DNA of 64,000 nucleotides from an uncultured delta proteobacterium. Its GTDB lineage: Bacteria > Desulfobacterota > Desulfobacteria > Desulfobacterales > JAFDCJ01. The stretch's first letter is position 1. Every line of letters begins with the position of its first letter. A program made the translations under genes and the position numbers. The DNA lies in the NCBI GenBank assembly GCA_963769935.1, contig CAVYNY010000020.1, positions 256,001 through 320,000 of the forward strand, in the 5' to 3' direction. This document shows, one piece after another, positions 28,581 through 39,005 of the stretch. The notes under the pieces are model-generated. The model did no database searches. It was not told the origin of the DNA and worked only from the letters and a program-made list of their open reading frames with translations.

Positions 28581-28672
28581 TCATATCTATCCCGCAAGGG
28601 GCTCACCAGGGCCCCTTGTGATACGATGATAAACAAACTCGGATGCCCGACGAAGCGGTGGAGAATAGTAAG

Positions 28673-29044
28673 ATGGACCGCGATAAGGGTGCGATTACCG
28701 TTTACTATGACGGAGCGTGCCCGAAATGTATCAGAGACAGGGAACTCTATGAAATGCTCTCCGGTAGGGCAGGAAAAAATGTTTACTGGCTTGATATTAC
28801 CGGTCAGGATGAGCGATTGCGTGAAATCGGCATCGACCCTCAGAAAGCGTTGCGGGAGCTTCATGTCAGCACCGAGGATCAACAAATCCTCACGGAGATC
28901 GATGCTTATATCCTGCTTATGAAAAAAGTGCCGCTGTTAAAACCGTTGGCCTGGCTGATTGCGCTGCCGTTTATTCGCTCAATGCTCTCAAGGGCTTATC
29001 ACAGACAGGTTAATCGCAGGCTAAGGCGCAGCGGACGGCTGTGA
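28673..29044 (+). CDS. DCC1-like thiol-disulfide oxidoreductase (DUF393)
   Basis: YYDGACPKC motif, ELHV, DAY. Confidence 0.85.
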   Translation: MDRDKGAITVYYDGACPKCIRDRELYEMLSGRAGKNVYWLDITGQDERLREIGIDPQKALRELHVSTEDQQILTEIDAYILLMKKVPLLKPLAWLIALPFIRSMLSRAYHRQVNRRLRRSGRL

Positions 29045-29068
29045 GAGCTAATGATTTTAGGAGTAAAT

Positions 29069-29398
29069 ATGACAAGCGAGTTGGCAAAAAAACAATGCAT
29101 CCCCTGCAAAGGAGGCGCGCCCCCATTGCAGGGAGAAGGTTTAGAAAATTTACGTAAGCAACTCGACGGCGAGTGGATGGTTGTCGATGACCATCACCTT
29201 GAGAGGCAGTACAAGTTCAAAAATTTTCGTCAAGCGCTGGCCTTCACCAATCAAGTCGGCGAGCTCGCCGAAGCCGAAGGTCACCATCCGGATATTTACC
29301 TGGCCTGGGGTAAAGTTAAACTGATGGTCTGGACGCACAAAATCGATGGACTGACGGAAAGCGACTTTATCTTCGCTGCGAAAGTTGACGAGTTGTAA
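29069..29398 (+). CDS. phhB: Pterin-4-alpha-carbinolamine dehydratase
   Basis: CIPCKGG, AEAEGHHPDI, WTHKIDGLTESDFIFAAKVD. Confidence 0.92.
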   Translation: MTSELAKKQCIPCKGGAPPLQGEGLENLRKQLDGEWMVVDDHHLERQYKFKNFRQALAFTNQVGELAEAEGHHPDIYLAWGKVKLMVWTHKIDGLTESDFIFAAKVDEL

Positions 29399-29454
29399 TA
29401 AAATTTATGGTAATCTGCAATTTTGGGAAAGAAGATTTTTGGGGATAGTTCAAG

Positions 29455-31878
29455 CTACAGACTATATAGATCGCGCTTTTTCTTATTGACTTTGTAGATT
29501 GCATTGAGCAACTCGGCTGACGATGAAGTCTTGCTTATTAGCATGTCGGCTCCCGCTTGACATATGGTTTGTTTTATATGCTCATCATCATACATTGAAA
29601 GCCCTATCACGCGCATTTCAGGAAATTCTGTTTTTATATGGCGAGTAGCTTCGATACCGTCCATTCCCGGCATTGAAATGTCCATCACGACGATATCCGG
29701 TTGACTCATCCGAACCTGCTCTATGGCTTCCCGTCCATTGGTCGCCTCTCCCACGACATGAATATCCGGCTGGCTGGTGATGAGTTGTATCACTCCTTGT
29801 CGCATGACTTTGTGATCGTCGACAAAAAGAACCCGAATATCTGATTTACGGAAAGTGGTCTTAAGGCCGGTCGTCACCGGAGACAGTTGGGAGGACGGGG
29901 GCAATAGTTTTTGTGGATTCTCAGTTTGCTCTGCGGTGATGGGAACAGTCAGCATAAAGCGGCTGCCGCATCCAGGAGCACTTTCGATGGTCAAGCTGCC
30001 CCCGATGTGGTTGGCACGTTCTGTAATTGTCAAAAGCCCCAACCCGGTCCTTTTGTCAGACCCATGAATGACATCCGGACTAAATCCCTTCCCCTTGTCA
30101 GTGACGTTTATAATCAGGTTTTTCTCGGATATGGAAATGTTGACCCAGGCGTTTTTTACGTCAGCATACTTTACTATGTTAAACAGCAGTTCCTGTACGG
30201 AGCGGAAAAGAAAAATATTTAACGCCGTGTTATCAAATCGTTCTTTAGTCTGATTTTCAAAGTGTACGGTCAGCCCAAATTGTTTGCTCATTTGTATAAA
30301 CAGCCATTCCAAGCCAGCAACCAGCCCAGAATGGTGCAACACAACAGGACTTAATTCATGAGACAATCTGCGCGATTTGACGATGGACTCCTTTAATATA
30401 TCCTGCACCTTCTCAAGCAGTGGGTTTCCGGGTAAATTCACACAGGCGTTTTCCAATTGTAATTTGGCACTGGCCAGAAGCTGCTGCATGTCATTATGAA
30501 GCAATTGCGCTATTCGCTGCCGCTCATTTTCTTCAGCTTCTATTAATTGCACTGCCAGATTCTGGAGCTGCCTTGCGCGTGATTCAGCCAGTTCTGTGCG
30601 TTCAGCTACAATTTTTTCAAGGTTTTCATTCAATTGGCGCAATCTTAATTCGACTTGTCTTAAATCTTCGATATCGGTCGAGGTGCCGAACCATTTGATA
30701 AGCTTGCCTTGAGGATCATGAAACGGTATTGCACGGCTCAAGTGCCAGCGGTAGCTGCCGTCTTCATGTAGAACCCGATGCTCGCTATGATAAATTTTGC
30801 CCATTTGGATTGCTTGATTCCACGCAGCGACCGTCGGTGCCTTATCTTCCTCATACAGAGCCGGGCTCCACTTAAAGGATCCATTGGGCATCCGTTCGAT
30901 ACCCTGGTATTCCTTATACCGCTCATTGAAATAATCCACCTTTCCCTTCGGATCTGCCGTCCAAACCAGCTGCGGCATGCTGTTGGCAAGCATTCGAAAG
31001 CGCACTTCACTCTGCCGCAGCTTTTCTTCCGTCCTGCGCAGATTGGTCACATCCATTAAGGCGCCGATAACTCGGTAGGCCTGGCCTGACTCGTCGCGAA
31101 AGATGTGGGAACGGTCATATACGTTCGACCAGGTACCATCAGTGCACTGAAGTCGATATTCCATCACAAGCGATTCATCTCCGGCGGTCAAGGCCTTGTT
31201 AAAGATTGAGAACACGTGGTCTCGATCGTCCGGATGAATGCGTTCGGCCCACCATTCAATGGCGTTCTCCTTTTGTAGAGGGCCATCAATCAAGTATTGC
31301 CAGGGATTGTCCCAGACAACCGTGTTTTTGGATATGTTCCAGTCCCAGATAGCCAGACCTGCAGTATTGATTGCCAGACGGAGACGCTGTTCATTTTCTA
31401 TTAAAAAATTCTCCATTCGCCTTTGCTCTGTTATATCTATAGATGTTGAAGAAAGAGCAACAGGATCACCATTCCTGTCATAGACCAGGGAAGCTGACAC
31501 CTGAACATCGAAAATCGCTTCATTTTTCCGCCGCGCCTTGATCTTAGCAAACCATAATCCATCTCCCCGGAGGGCCTGCATGATTTCATCGAGTCTGTCT
31601 TCAACCAACCAAAATTGCCAAAAAGGCTTCCCCAGAGGCTCCTTCGGATCGTCAAAGCCCCACATGTGGTGGAAAGCCGGATTCCCATAAGTCATATTCC
31701 CTTCAAGGTCACAGGCAGCAATTGCACTTGAAGAGCATCTGATGATATCTTCCATGAAATGCAAGGCATCCTCAACCTGTGGCTGCTCGGGATGCCGGCT
31801 GCCGCGGCCGTTGGCGAGCCCGTCGGTGGATTTTCCCCGATTGGGTTTTGAAGATTTACCCAATTGGTTTTGGTTCAT
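29455..31878 (-). CDS. Cytoplasmic hybrid sensor kinase: 3 PAS + HisKA_3 + HATPase + receiver
   Basis: PAS motifs (IHPDDR), ERQRIAQLLHNDMQQ, QELLFNIVKYA, DKGKGF, GLGL, VDDH...MDISMPGMDG. Confidence 0.9.
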   Translation of the reverse strand: MNQNQLGKSSKPNRGKSTDGLANGRGSRHPEQPQVEDALHFMEDIIRCSSSAIAACDLEGNMTYGNPAFHHMWGFDDPKEPLGKPFWQFWLVEDRLDEIMQALRGDGLWFAKIKARRKNEAIFDVQVSASLVYDRNGDPVALSSTSIDITEQRRMENFLIENEQRLRLAINTAGLAIWDWNISKNTVVWDNPWQYLIDGPLQKENAIEWWAERIHPDDRDHVFSIFNKALTAGDESLVMEYRLQCTDGTWSNVYDRSHIFRDESGQAYRVIGALMDVTNLRRTEEKLRQSEVRFRMLANSMPQLVWTADPKGKVDYFNERYKEYQGIERMPNGSFKWSPALYEEDKAPTVAAWNQAIQMGKIYHSEHRVLHEDGSYRWHLSRAIPFHDPQGKLIKWFGTSTDIEDLRQVELRLRQLNENLEKIVAERTELAESRARQLQNLAVQLIEAEENERQRIAQLLHNDMQQLLASAKLQLENACVNLPGNPLLEKVQDILKESIVKSRRLSHELSPVVLHHSGLVAGLEWLFIQMSKQFGLTVHFENQTKERFDNTALNIFLFRSVQELLFNIVKYADVKNAWVNISISEKNLIINVTDKGKGFSPDVIHGSDKRTGLGLLTITERANHIGGSLTIESAPGCGSRFMLTVPITAEQTENPQKLLPPSSQLSPVTTGLKTTFRKSDIRVLFVDDHKVMRQGVIQLITSQPDIHVVGEATNGREAIEQVRMSQPDIVVMDISMPGMDGIEATRHIKTEFPEMRVIGLSMYDDEHIKQTICQAGADMLISKTSSSAELLNAIYKVNKKKRDLYSL

Positions 31879-32083
31879 TATTTTACCCCTGGAATTTGGG
31901 TTTTACCCATATTTCCAAACCAATTATGTATCGTTAATACTTATACCCTGTGATATCAAAGTAAATTGAGACCATATACAAAATCGTGAAAATTCATATA
32001 AGTAGATGAAATCCCAACTTTGGTTAAAGTACAGATAAATAGATGAGCCGTCATGGAGCTCACCCCCTTCCAGTCAATGTGGA

Positions 32084-32218
32084 CTATTTCAGGCCGGTTA
32101 GGATAAGATAGGAGACTAACGGCGGCAGTCCCATGCCCAGGATGATGGATATGATCATTACCCAGAACAGCGAGAGCCAAAGATTGACTTTGAAAATAAA
32201 GTCAATGATATTGAGCAA
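32084..32218 (-). pseudogene. Fragment of TRAP transporter fused permease
   Basis: Minus frame NLWLSLFWVMIISIILGMGLPPLVSYLIL resembles the S(I/L)ILGMGLP motif of 4TM/12TM TRAP permeases; only 44 codons. Confidence 0.55.
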
Positions 32219-32230
32219 TTACATATTTTC

Positions 32231-33388
32231 TCATGGGGTTGCCTCCTTGCCCTTTTTTTTCAGCAAGAACCTGCTTATAATCAATTTTTGTATTTCCGTC
32301 GTGCCTTCGTAGATCCTGAGCGGTCGAATCTCGCGGTAGAGCCGCTCGACGGCCGTACCTTTCATGACACCTCTTCCGCCGTGGATTTGCAGCGCCTGAT
32401 CGATGATCGACCAGGCCGCCTCCGTTGCATACAGTTTGGCCATCGAAGCCGCCAGAGCCACATCCGGAGCGTTGCGGTCTTTTTTGAGGGCGGCCCGGTA
32501 GACCAGCAATCGAGCGGCTTCAAGTCTGGTTGCCATTTCAGCCAATTTAAATTTTATGCCCTGCTGATCCGCGAGCGGGACTCCGAACTGAACCCGGTAG
32601 GAGGCATATTCAAGAGCTTCATCCAGCGCCTTTTGCGCCATTCCGACCGCTGCGGCGCCGACGGTCATTCGCATAAGCTCAAGCGTACCCATGGCCAATT
32701 TAAATCCATCCCCGATTTCTCCCACCAAATCGTCCGCCGGCACAATTGCGCGGTCCAGCGTAAAGCGGACGATGTCGTGAGCGGCCATGAGTTCCATTCT
32801 GGCGGCGACCTCAAAACCGGGGGTGCCTTTCTTTATGATAAAGGCCGAGATGGCTTTCGGCTTTTCAGCCGTGGGCGTCTTGGCAAAAATTACCGCCATA
32901 TCGGCGGAATAGCCATTGGAGATAAATTTTTTTACCCCATTCAGGGCATATCCTCCCGCCACAGGTGCGGCAACGGTTTCAAGACCGGAGACATCCGATC
33001 CGGCGTTGGGTTCGGTAAGGGCGAAGGTGGTGAGATAGTCGCCGGAGGCGATTTGGGGCAGGTACCGCTGTTTTTGCGCTTCATTGCCTCCCAGAACGAT
33101 GGGATAAGCGCCTAAACCCTGCATGGCGAGCGTGACGTCCGCCGGACTGTAGACGCCTGCCAGAACCTCCCGCGCCAGGCATATCCGGGTTGCACTCACA
33201 CCGGCGCCGCCATATTCCAAAGGAATTGCGTGCTTAAAAAGGCCGGCGTTCGCCATACTGCGGCGCAATTCTTCGGGGACTTCGTTTATCTCGCTATACT
33301 TTTTGGCAATTGCAGCCAGTTCGGTTGTCGCATACCGGCGGCAGGACTCCTGATAAGCGAGATCTTCAGGGCTCAACATTGTATCCAT
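32231..33388 (-). CDS. Acyl-CoA dehydrogenase
   Basis: FALTEPNAGSD, NGVKKFISN, RVQFGVPL, ALQIHGG, IYEGTTEIQ. Confidence 0.93.
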   Translation of the reverse strand: MDTMLSPEDLAYQESCRRYATTELAAIAKKYSEINEVPEELRRSMANAGLFKHAIPLEYGGAGVSATRICLAREVLAGVYSPADVTLAMQGLGAYPIVLGGNEAQKQRYLPQIASGDYLTTFALTEPNAGSDVSGLETVAAPVAGGYALNGVKKFISNGYSADMAVIFAKTPTAEKPKAISAFIIKKGTPGFEVAARMELMAAHDIVRFTLDRAIVPADDLVGEIGDGFKLAMGTLELMRMTVGAAAVGMAQKALDEALEYASYRVQFGVPLADQQGIKFKLAEMATRLEAARLLVYRAALKKDRNAPDVALAASMAKLYATEAAWSIIDQALQIHGGRGVMKGTAVERLYREIRPLRIYEGTTEIQKLIISRFLLKKKGKEATP

Positions 33389-33738
33389 ATTACCGCCCTT
33401 CCGGTTGGGCAACGATCTTTTTTGCGGGGCCAAAAGATCACTGCTGAAAGCAGTAATTTTATTCCAATTTCAGGCAAAATTGACGGCCGTCGTTTTGAAG
33501 TGTTATCTACGACAGACCTGCGAGTGGATGAGGTTAAATCAACAGGAGCAATTGAAGTTTACCTATCGAAGGCGGATTTTATTGTCAAGGTCGATTTTTG
33601 GCCACCGGTTTTGATGGATTGGTACTTTCATCGTTTGTACCGGTTTTTGTTGACATATGGAATCCAATTATTTAAGTTAAGTTTAAAGCAGGGTGTTGAA
33701 ACTCCCTATTAATCGTCAATTTTGTCTTTCCATCTGTG

Positions 33739-33784
33739 AAAAAAAGCCATGAAGGCATGCCGAGGGCGGCTCTTTGTGGCTTTT
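33739..33784 (+). promoter_or_regulatory. Terminator-like leader hairpin upstream of DUF3842/cooT
   Basis: AAAAAGCCATGAAG...CTTTGTGGCTTTT stem ending ~25 nt before the start codon. Confidence 0.35.
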
Positions 33785-33809
33785 GCATTCAAAGGGCAGG
33801 ATATCGACA

Positions 33810-34232
33810 ATGAAAAGAATCTGTGTCGTTGACGGCCAGGGCGGCGGCATTGGTGCAACCCTGATAAAATATCTGAAGGAAGCCTACGGCGAGTCGGTCG
33901 AGTTGATCGCGCTGGGGACCAATGCCATCGCCTCGGCCCAGATGCTGAAAGCCGGCGCCAACCGCGGGGCCTCGGGTGAAAATGCCATCGTCCATACGGT
34001 CGGCACAGCCGATCTCATTGTGGGCCCTATCTCCGTTAGCTGGGCGAATGCCATGCTGGGGGAGGTGACGCCCAAAATGGCGGAAGCGATCATGTCCTGC
34101 CCGGCGCCCAAGATCTTGCTGCCGCTGACCCAGGAACCGGTGGTGCTGATCGGCATGGTCAGCGAGCCTTTGCCGCATCTGGTCCAGCGTGCCGTCAATG
34201 AGAAGATTAAGGAGGTATTAGCTGATGTGTGA
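33810..34232 (+). CDS. DUF3842 family protein
   Basis: VVDGQGGGIG, ALGTNAIA, GASGENAI, NAMLGEVTP. Confidence 0.85.
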   Translation: MKRICVVDGQGGGIGATLIKYLKEAYGESVELIALGTNAIASAQMLKAGANRGASGENAIVHTVGTADLIVGPISVSWANAMLGEVTPKMAEAIMSCPAPKILLPLTQEPVVLIGMVSEPLPHLVQRAVNEKIKEVLADV

Positions 34233-34413
34233 GGCCAATGCTTATATTCTGCAAGACGATCAAGAGAAATTGATTTTAGAATCCGTTGACCTGATAAGAC
34301 CGCAAGAAGATAACGGTTTTCTGCTGGTCGACATTTTTGGAACGCAAAAGATAGTCAGAGGCAAGCTCAAACAGATGAATTTGGTCGATCATAAAATAAT
34401 CTTCGAAGCGTAA
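34225..34413 (+). CDS. cooT: CooT family nickel-binding protein
   Basis: 62 aa, MCEANAY start, DIFG, LVDHKIIF end. Confidence 0.85.
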   Translation: MCEANAYILQDDQEKLILESVDLIRPQEDNGFLLVDIFGTQKIVRGKLKQMNLVDHKIIFEA

Positions 34414-34725
34414 AATCTGTCTTGGATCCATTTGCGGCTGGTTGAACAAACTAGTTTGCCGAGATGTCTTGCTGCGTGCCAAGATCATATCATATCAATT
34501 TTCCTATTCATCCGAATCTCCTGTTTGCGGGCCATTTGTTCCAACTCTGAAAACTTGGTCTTCTGGGCCTGATAAGAGGAGGATGGCTGTGCCTTGTACC
34601 TATGCCGTGGAGTGCTGGCCCGCCCTGGCGTGACGAACTGTTAATTTAAAGCAGATTTGTCCTTGTCAGGGGCAAAAATACCCAAAATTCGGTTTATGTA
34701 AAAGGCCCTCTGGGCCCAGGATTCT

Positions 34726-35728
34726 TTACTCTGCCGTGGGTAAGCGCGAGTCGAGCTGGCCGATTGACATCAATTCCTGTTCGATGAGGCCGCGAAAAAG
34801 AGGGATTTTATATTCGTTCTGCGCCATGGGCTCCGCGTTTTTCACAGCCGCTGCGGCGGCTTTGGCTGCGCGATCCTGATCCAGCCGGGTGCCCTTGACC
34901 ACTTTTTCCGCCTCGACCGAACGCCAGGGCACCGGCGCGGCGCCGCTGAGCACCACCCGGCAATCGGCTGCCTGATCCCCGGCGAACACGAGCGCCAGGG
35001 CCACGCCGGCCAGCGCGAAGTCCCAGGCACGACGTGCCCGGACCTTGCGGTAGGAACTGCGCAGGCCCGCCGCGGGCGGCGGCAGAACGATTTCCGTTAC
35101 GATCTCGGCAGGTTCGAGCACGGTTTCCCTTGTGTAATCCTCGGATGGCGGCAGATGGAAGTCTTCCACCGCCACGCTTCGCCGGCCATCCGGGCCGGCA
35201 ATTACAACACTCGCCTGCAGGGCGACCAGGGCCGGTGCCGTATCCGAGGGATGCACGATGAAGCAGTTTTCGCCGCCGAAGATGCAGTGGTAAGCGTTCT
35301 CGCCCTCGACGGCGTAGCACTGGTCCCCGCCCTTTCGCAGGCAATGGAATTCTCCCCGGTAGTACCAGCAGCGGGGCTTCTGGCAGAGGTTGCCGCCGAT
35401 GGTACCCTGGTTGCGCAGCTGGGGGCTCGCCACCTCGGAGGCCGCCATTGACAGCGCCCGGTACTTTGATCTGATGACCGGGTGGCGGACAACTTCCGCA
35501 ACGGTTGTCAGGGCCCCGATCCGGAGCCCGCCCGCCGGTGTTGCCTCGATGCCCTTGAGTTCCTTGAGCCCGGCGATGCTGACAACCGTGGTGACGTCAA
35601 AAACACGGTCGCGCAGGCATCCGAGCAGGTCGGTTCCGCCGGCGTGAGCCCGGGCCCCGTCCAGCGAAAGATAACGGACGGCTTCATCGAGCTGATCTCG
35701 CCCGGATATAGGAAAAGTTGGGTACCAT
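34726..35728 (-). CDS. Xanthine dehydrogenase family FAD subunit (PaoB/YagS-like), frameshift ~35692
   Basis: AGGTDL, ASPQLRNQGTIGGNLCQKPRCWYYR, Cys-rich insertion, HPSD, NEYK; ATG 35728 (MVPNFSYIRA) after GGAGG is out of frame with the body. Confidence 0.85.
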
Positions 35729-35731
35729 GGC

Positions 35732-38073
35732 TTATCCCTCCTTGCTGCGCTCTGCGAGCAGCCGGCAGAGCTGAATCGGATTAATGGGCGTCCGGGTGAT
35801 GCGCACGCCCGTGGCGTGGTAGACGGCATTGGCGACGGCGGCCGCTGTGGGAATCGTGACCGGCTCGCCCAGACCCTTGGCACCCGTGGTGTTGGCTTCC
35901 GAATCATCGGGTTCGATGGGAAGGGAAGCGATATCTGCGGGCACATCCAGGGCGGTCGGCAGCTTGTAGTCGTGCCAGTTGCGGTTGACCATTTTACCGG
36001 TTTGGTTTCTGTCCAGAATTCGGGCCTCGGTCGTGGCCAGACCGATTCCCATGGTGATACCGCCGAATACCTGGTTGTCGTAGGTCAGTCGGCTCATGAC
36101 GCGGCCGCTGTCATGGGCGCCGAGGAAGCGGATAATCCGAACCTCGCCCGTACCGGTGTTCACCTCCACTTCGCAAAACTGGGCGGCAAAGGGATTGATC
36201 GCCTTATTGGCCGGATTCGGACCCCGGTAGCCGATGCCGACCAGCACCCCCTGCTTTTTGAGACCGGAGAGTTCCGTGAAGCTGATAATTTTGGACGGGT
36301 CGTTGCGCGCAACGATGCTGCCGGCTCTGAACTCCAGGCTTGCCGGATCGACCGCCAGATCGCGGGCGGCGATTTCAAGCAGCTGCTGTTTCAGACTGAT
36401 GGCGGCAGCCCGCACGGCCGGTGACTCGGTGGGGACGGTTTTGCTGCCGCCGCTCGGCGTTGCGTACTGGGTGGTGCCCGTATCGGCATTTTCGATCTGG
36501 ATGAATTCCGGTTTGATCCCCAGCTCCTCCGCCACCACCAGGGCCATGACGGTCTTGGTGCCCGTTCCGATGTCGCTGGCACCCATGTTCAGATTGACGC
36601 TGCCGTCCGCAAAGAGTTTGAGGATGATCGTGGAAGGGGGGCGGCCGGCGCCCGCGATCCAGAGACCGGCGGCCATGCCCACGCCCCTGCGGATAAATCC
36701 CAGGCTGCCGGCTGCCGGCAATCCGCTGGCGCGCCTTCTTCCAACCGAAGGCCGCGGCCCCTTTCTCGATGCAATCCCTGAGTCCGGTACTGGTGTACGG
36801 GGGCTGACCGTCTCTGGCCTGGCTGTAAAGAGGGATATTCTTCAGACGCAGGTCCACCGGATCCATGTCGATCGCCTCCGCCAGCGCATCCAGCATCTGC
36901 TCGAGGGCCCAGGTACCCTGGGGATGACCGGGCGCGCGAAAGGGTCTGGCCGGACCGGCATTGATATAGACATCCGTGCTGTTCGTGCGAACATTGGGGC
37001 ATGTATAAAGGTCCCGAACCTGCCAGTCGACCAGCGAGGTGCCGCCGGCGGGGTAGGCCCCGCCCGTGCCGATGCAGGTGAAATCCAGGGCGGTGAGGGT
37101 TCCGTCCTTTTTGATACCGGCCTTGAGCGTCATGTTGCTGGGAGGTCGATTTCCGACGGCGAGATAGGTCTCCTCCCGGCTGAGGATCATTTTCACCGGC
37201 CGGCCGGTGATTCTTGCCAGCAGGGCCGCGATGACGGTGTACTTTCCGGCCTGCAGCTTGCTGCCGAAACCGCCGCCCATGTAATGCCCGATGACGCGGA
37301 CCTTGGAAAGCGGCAGATTTAAAGTTTCGGCCACGTTTTGCTGGACCCCGATAAACCCCCTGGGTGGATTCCCAGATCGTCAGGCGGTCTGCCTCCCAGT
37401 CGGCCACGCACCCATGCAGTTCCATGGGGGTGTGGATTTCGCACTCGGTGCGGTAGCTCTCTTCGAGCACCACATCGGCTTCGGCCAACCCCTGCGCAAC
37501 ATCTCCGCGTTCGTAGGAACGCGGTGGCCCGACCCGGTTGCCGTCCTCGTGGACGGCTGGAGCGCCTTGATCCAGAGCCGCCCGTTCATCGGCTACGGCA
37601 GGCAGGACCTCATAGGCCACGTCGACGGTGCCGACCGCATCCCAGGCCAGGTAGGGTGATTCCGCGGCCACGGCGGCCACGGTCTCGCCTTCGAACCGGC
37701 AGTGGGGGTCGAAGAGTTTTGACTTGATTGTGATTCCGGAGCTCGAATAGGTCCAGGGGACGTCCGCCGCGGGGTCCAGCGCGCTGATCACGGCGTGCAC
37801 GCCGGGCATGCTTTGGGCCTTGCCGGTGTCTATTTTTTTAACCCGGGCGTGGGGATGCGGGCAGCGCAGGATGGCCCCGTAAAGCATGTTGGGCAGCGAC
37901 ACATCCGACGGATAAACCGCCGAACCGCTCACCCGCTCATAGGCGTCCACGCGGGGGACGGCTTTGCCGATGATTCGGGTGCTCTTCCAGGGTGCCGGAT
38001 TTTCACCCGGCCGCGGGGTCTCCGGGATCGGAAGCCCCTCCACATAGTAACGCTCCTTTTGCTGGTCCGTCAC
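35732..38073 (-). CDS. Xanthine dehydrogenase family molybdopterin-binding subunit (PaoC/YagR-like), frameshifts ~37345 and ~36700
   Basis: Three consecutive frames carry PRVDAYERVSG, STQG, MGGGFGSK, FRAPGHPQG, DIGTG, SGGS, GAKGLGEP. Confidence 0.85.
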
Positions 38074-38717
38074 GATGCACCTCCCTTTGTGCCTTTGAGT
38101 TCAGCCGCACGTCCGACCGCCTTGTAAATATTGGCATAGGCGCCGCAGCGGCAGAGGTTGCCGCTCATGGCTCTGCGAATTTCGTCCGGATTCGGGGCCG
38201 GATTGGTGCGCAGCAGTCCCTCGGCCGACATGATCTGTCCCGGGGTGCAGTAGCCGCATTGAAACGCATCATGTTCGACAAAGGCCTGCTGGACTGCACC
38301 GAGCGTTTCGGCGAGCATGAGGCCTTCGACGGTCACAATATCGGCTCCCTGCGCCTCGACCGCCAGGGTCAGGCAGGCATAGCGGGGTATGTCATCGATA
38401 AGCACGGTGCAGGCCCCGCACTCCCCCCTTTCGCAGCCGACCTTGGTCCCGGTCAGGCCGAGCTTTTCGCGCAAAACGTATAGCAGCGACCAGCGGGGTT
38501 CGACGACCAGGCTATGGCGAAGCCCGTTGATGAAAAGATTCACGCGCACGATCGTTTCGGGCTCGATGACTTCGGCCTGCGCGGTGCCGCGGCCCGTCAG
38601 CGCATCCGAAGCGGCCGCGATGGCGGCGCCACTGCCCATGGTTTTGAGAAATCTGCGGCGGGTGATCCCGCGACCGAGTCCAGGTTTATCTTCTGGACGA
38701 TCACGATCGGTTTTCAT
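38070..38717 (-). CDS. 2x[2Fe-2S] subunit with Tat signal (PaoA/YagT-like)
   Basis: TRRRFLK twin-arginine leader; GCERGECGACT, QCGYCTPG, GNLCRCG. Confidence 0.9.
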   Translation of the reverse strand: MKTDRDRPEDKPGLGRGITRRRFLKTMGSGAAIAAASDALTGRGTAQAEVIEPETIVRVNLFINGLRHSLVVEPRWSLLYVLREKLGLTGTKVGCERGECGACTVLIDDIPRYACLTLAVEAQGADIVTVEGLMLAETLGAVQQAFVEHDAFQCGYCTPGQIMSAEGLLRTNPAPNPDEIRRAMSGNLCRCGAYANIYKAVGRAAELKGTKGGAS

Positions 38718-39005
38718 GGAGTTCCTCCGTAGGAATGTTGAAAGAAATAAAAGGATTGGAGCTGCGAACGGGTGAAATGAACCAGAACCGGTGTCATTGC
38801 GGGCTAGAATAAAAAAAACCTTTTCGCAAGTCAACTAGAAAAAATATTGACTGTTACTGCACGGCAAGGGAATAGGATCACCTACAAACTATCCGCTTTA
38901 CGTCCAGTGGCTGCGCTGCAATCTGAGATTTGTTTTGAATTTGAGTTTTGCGATTGATTCTTCACTCAAGCCCTTGAAGGCGGAGGGAGCATCTCAAATA
39001 TCAGA

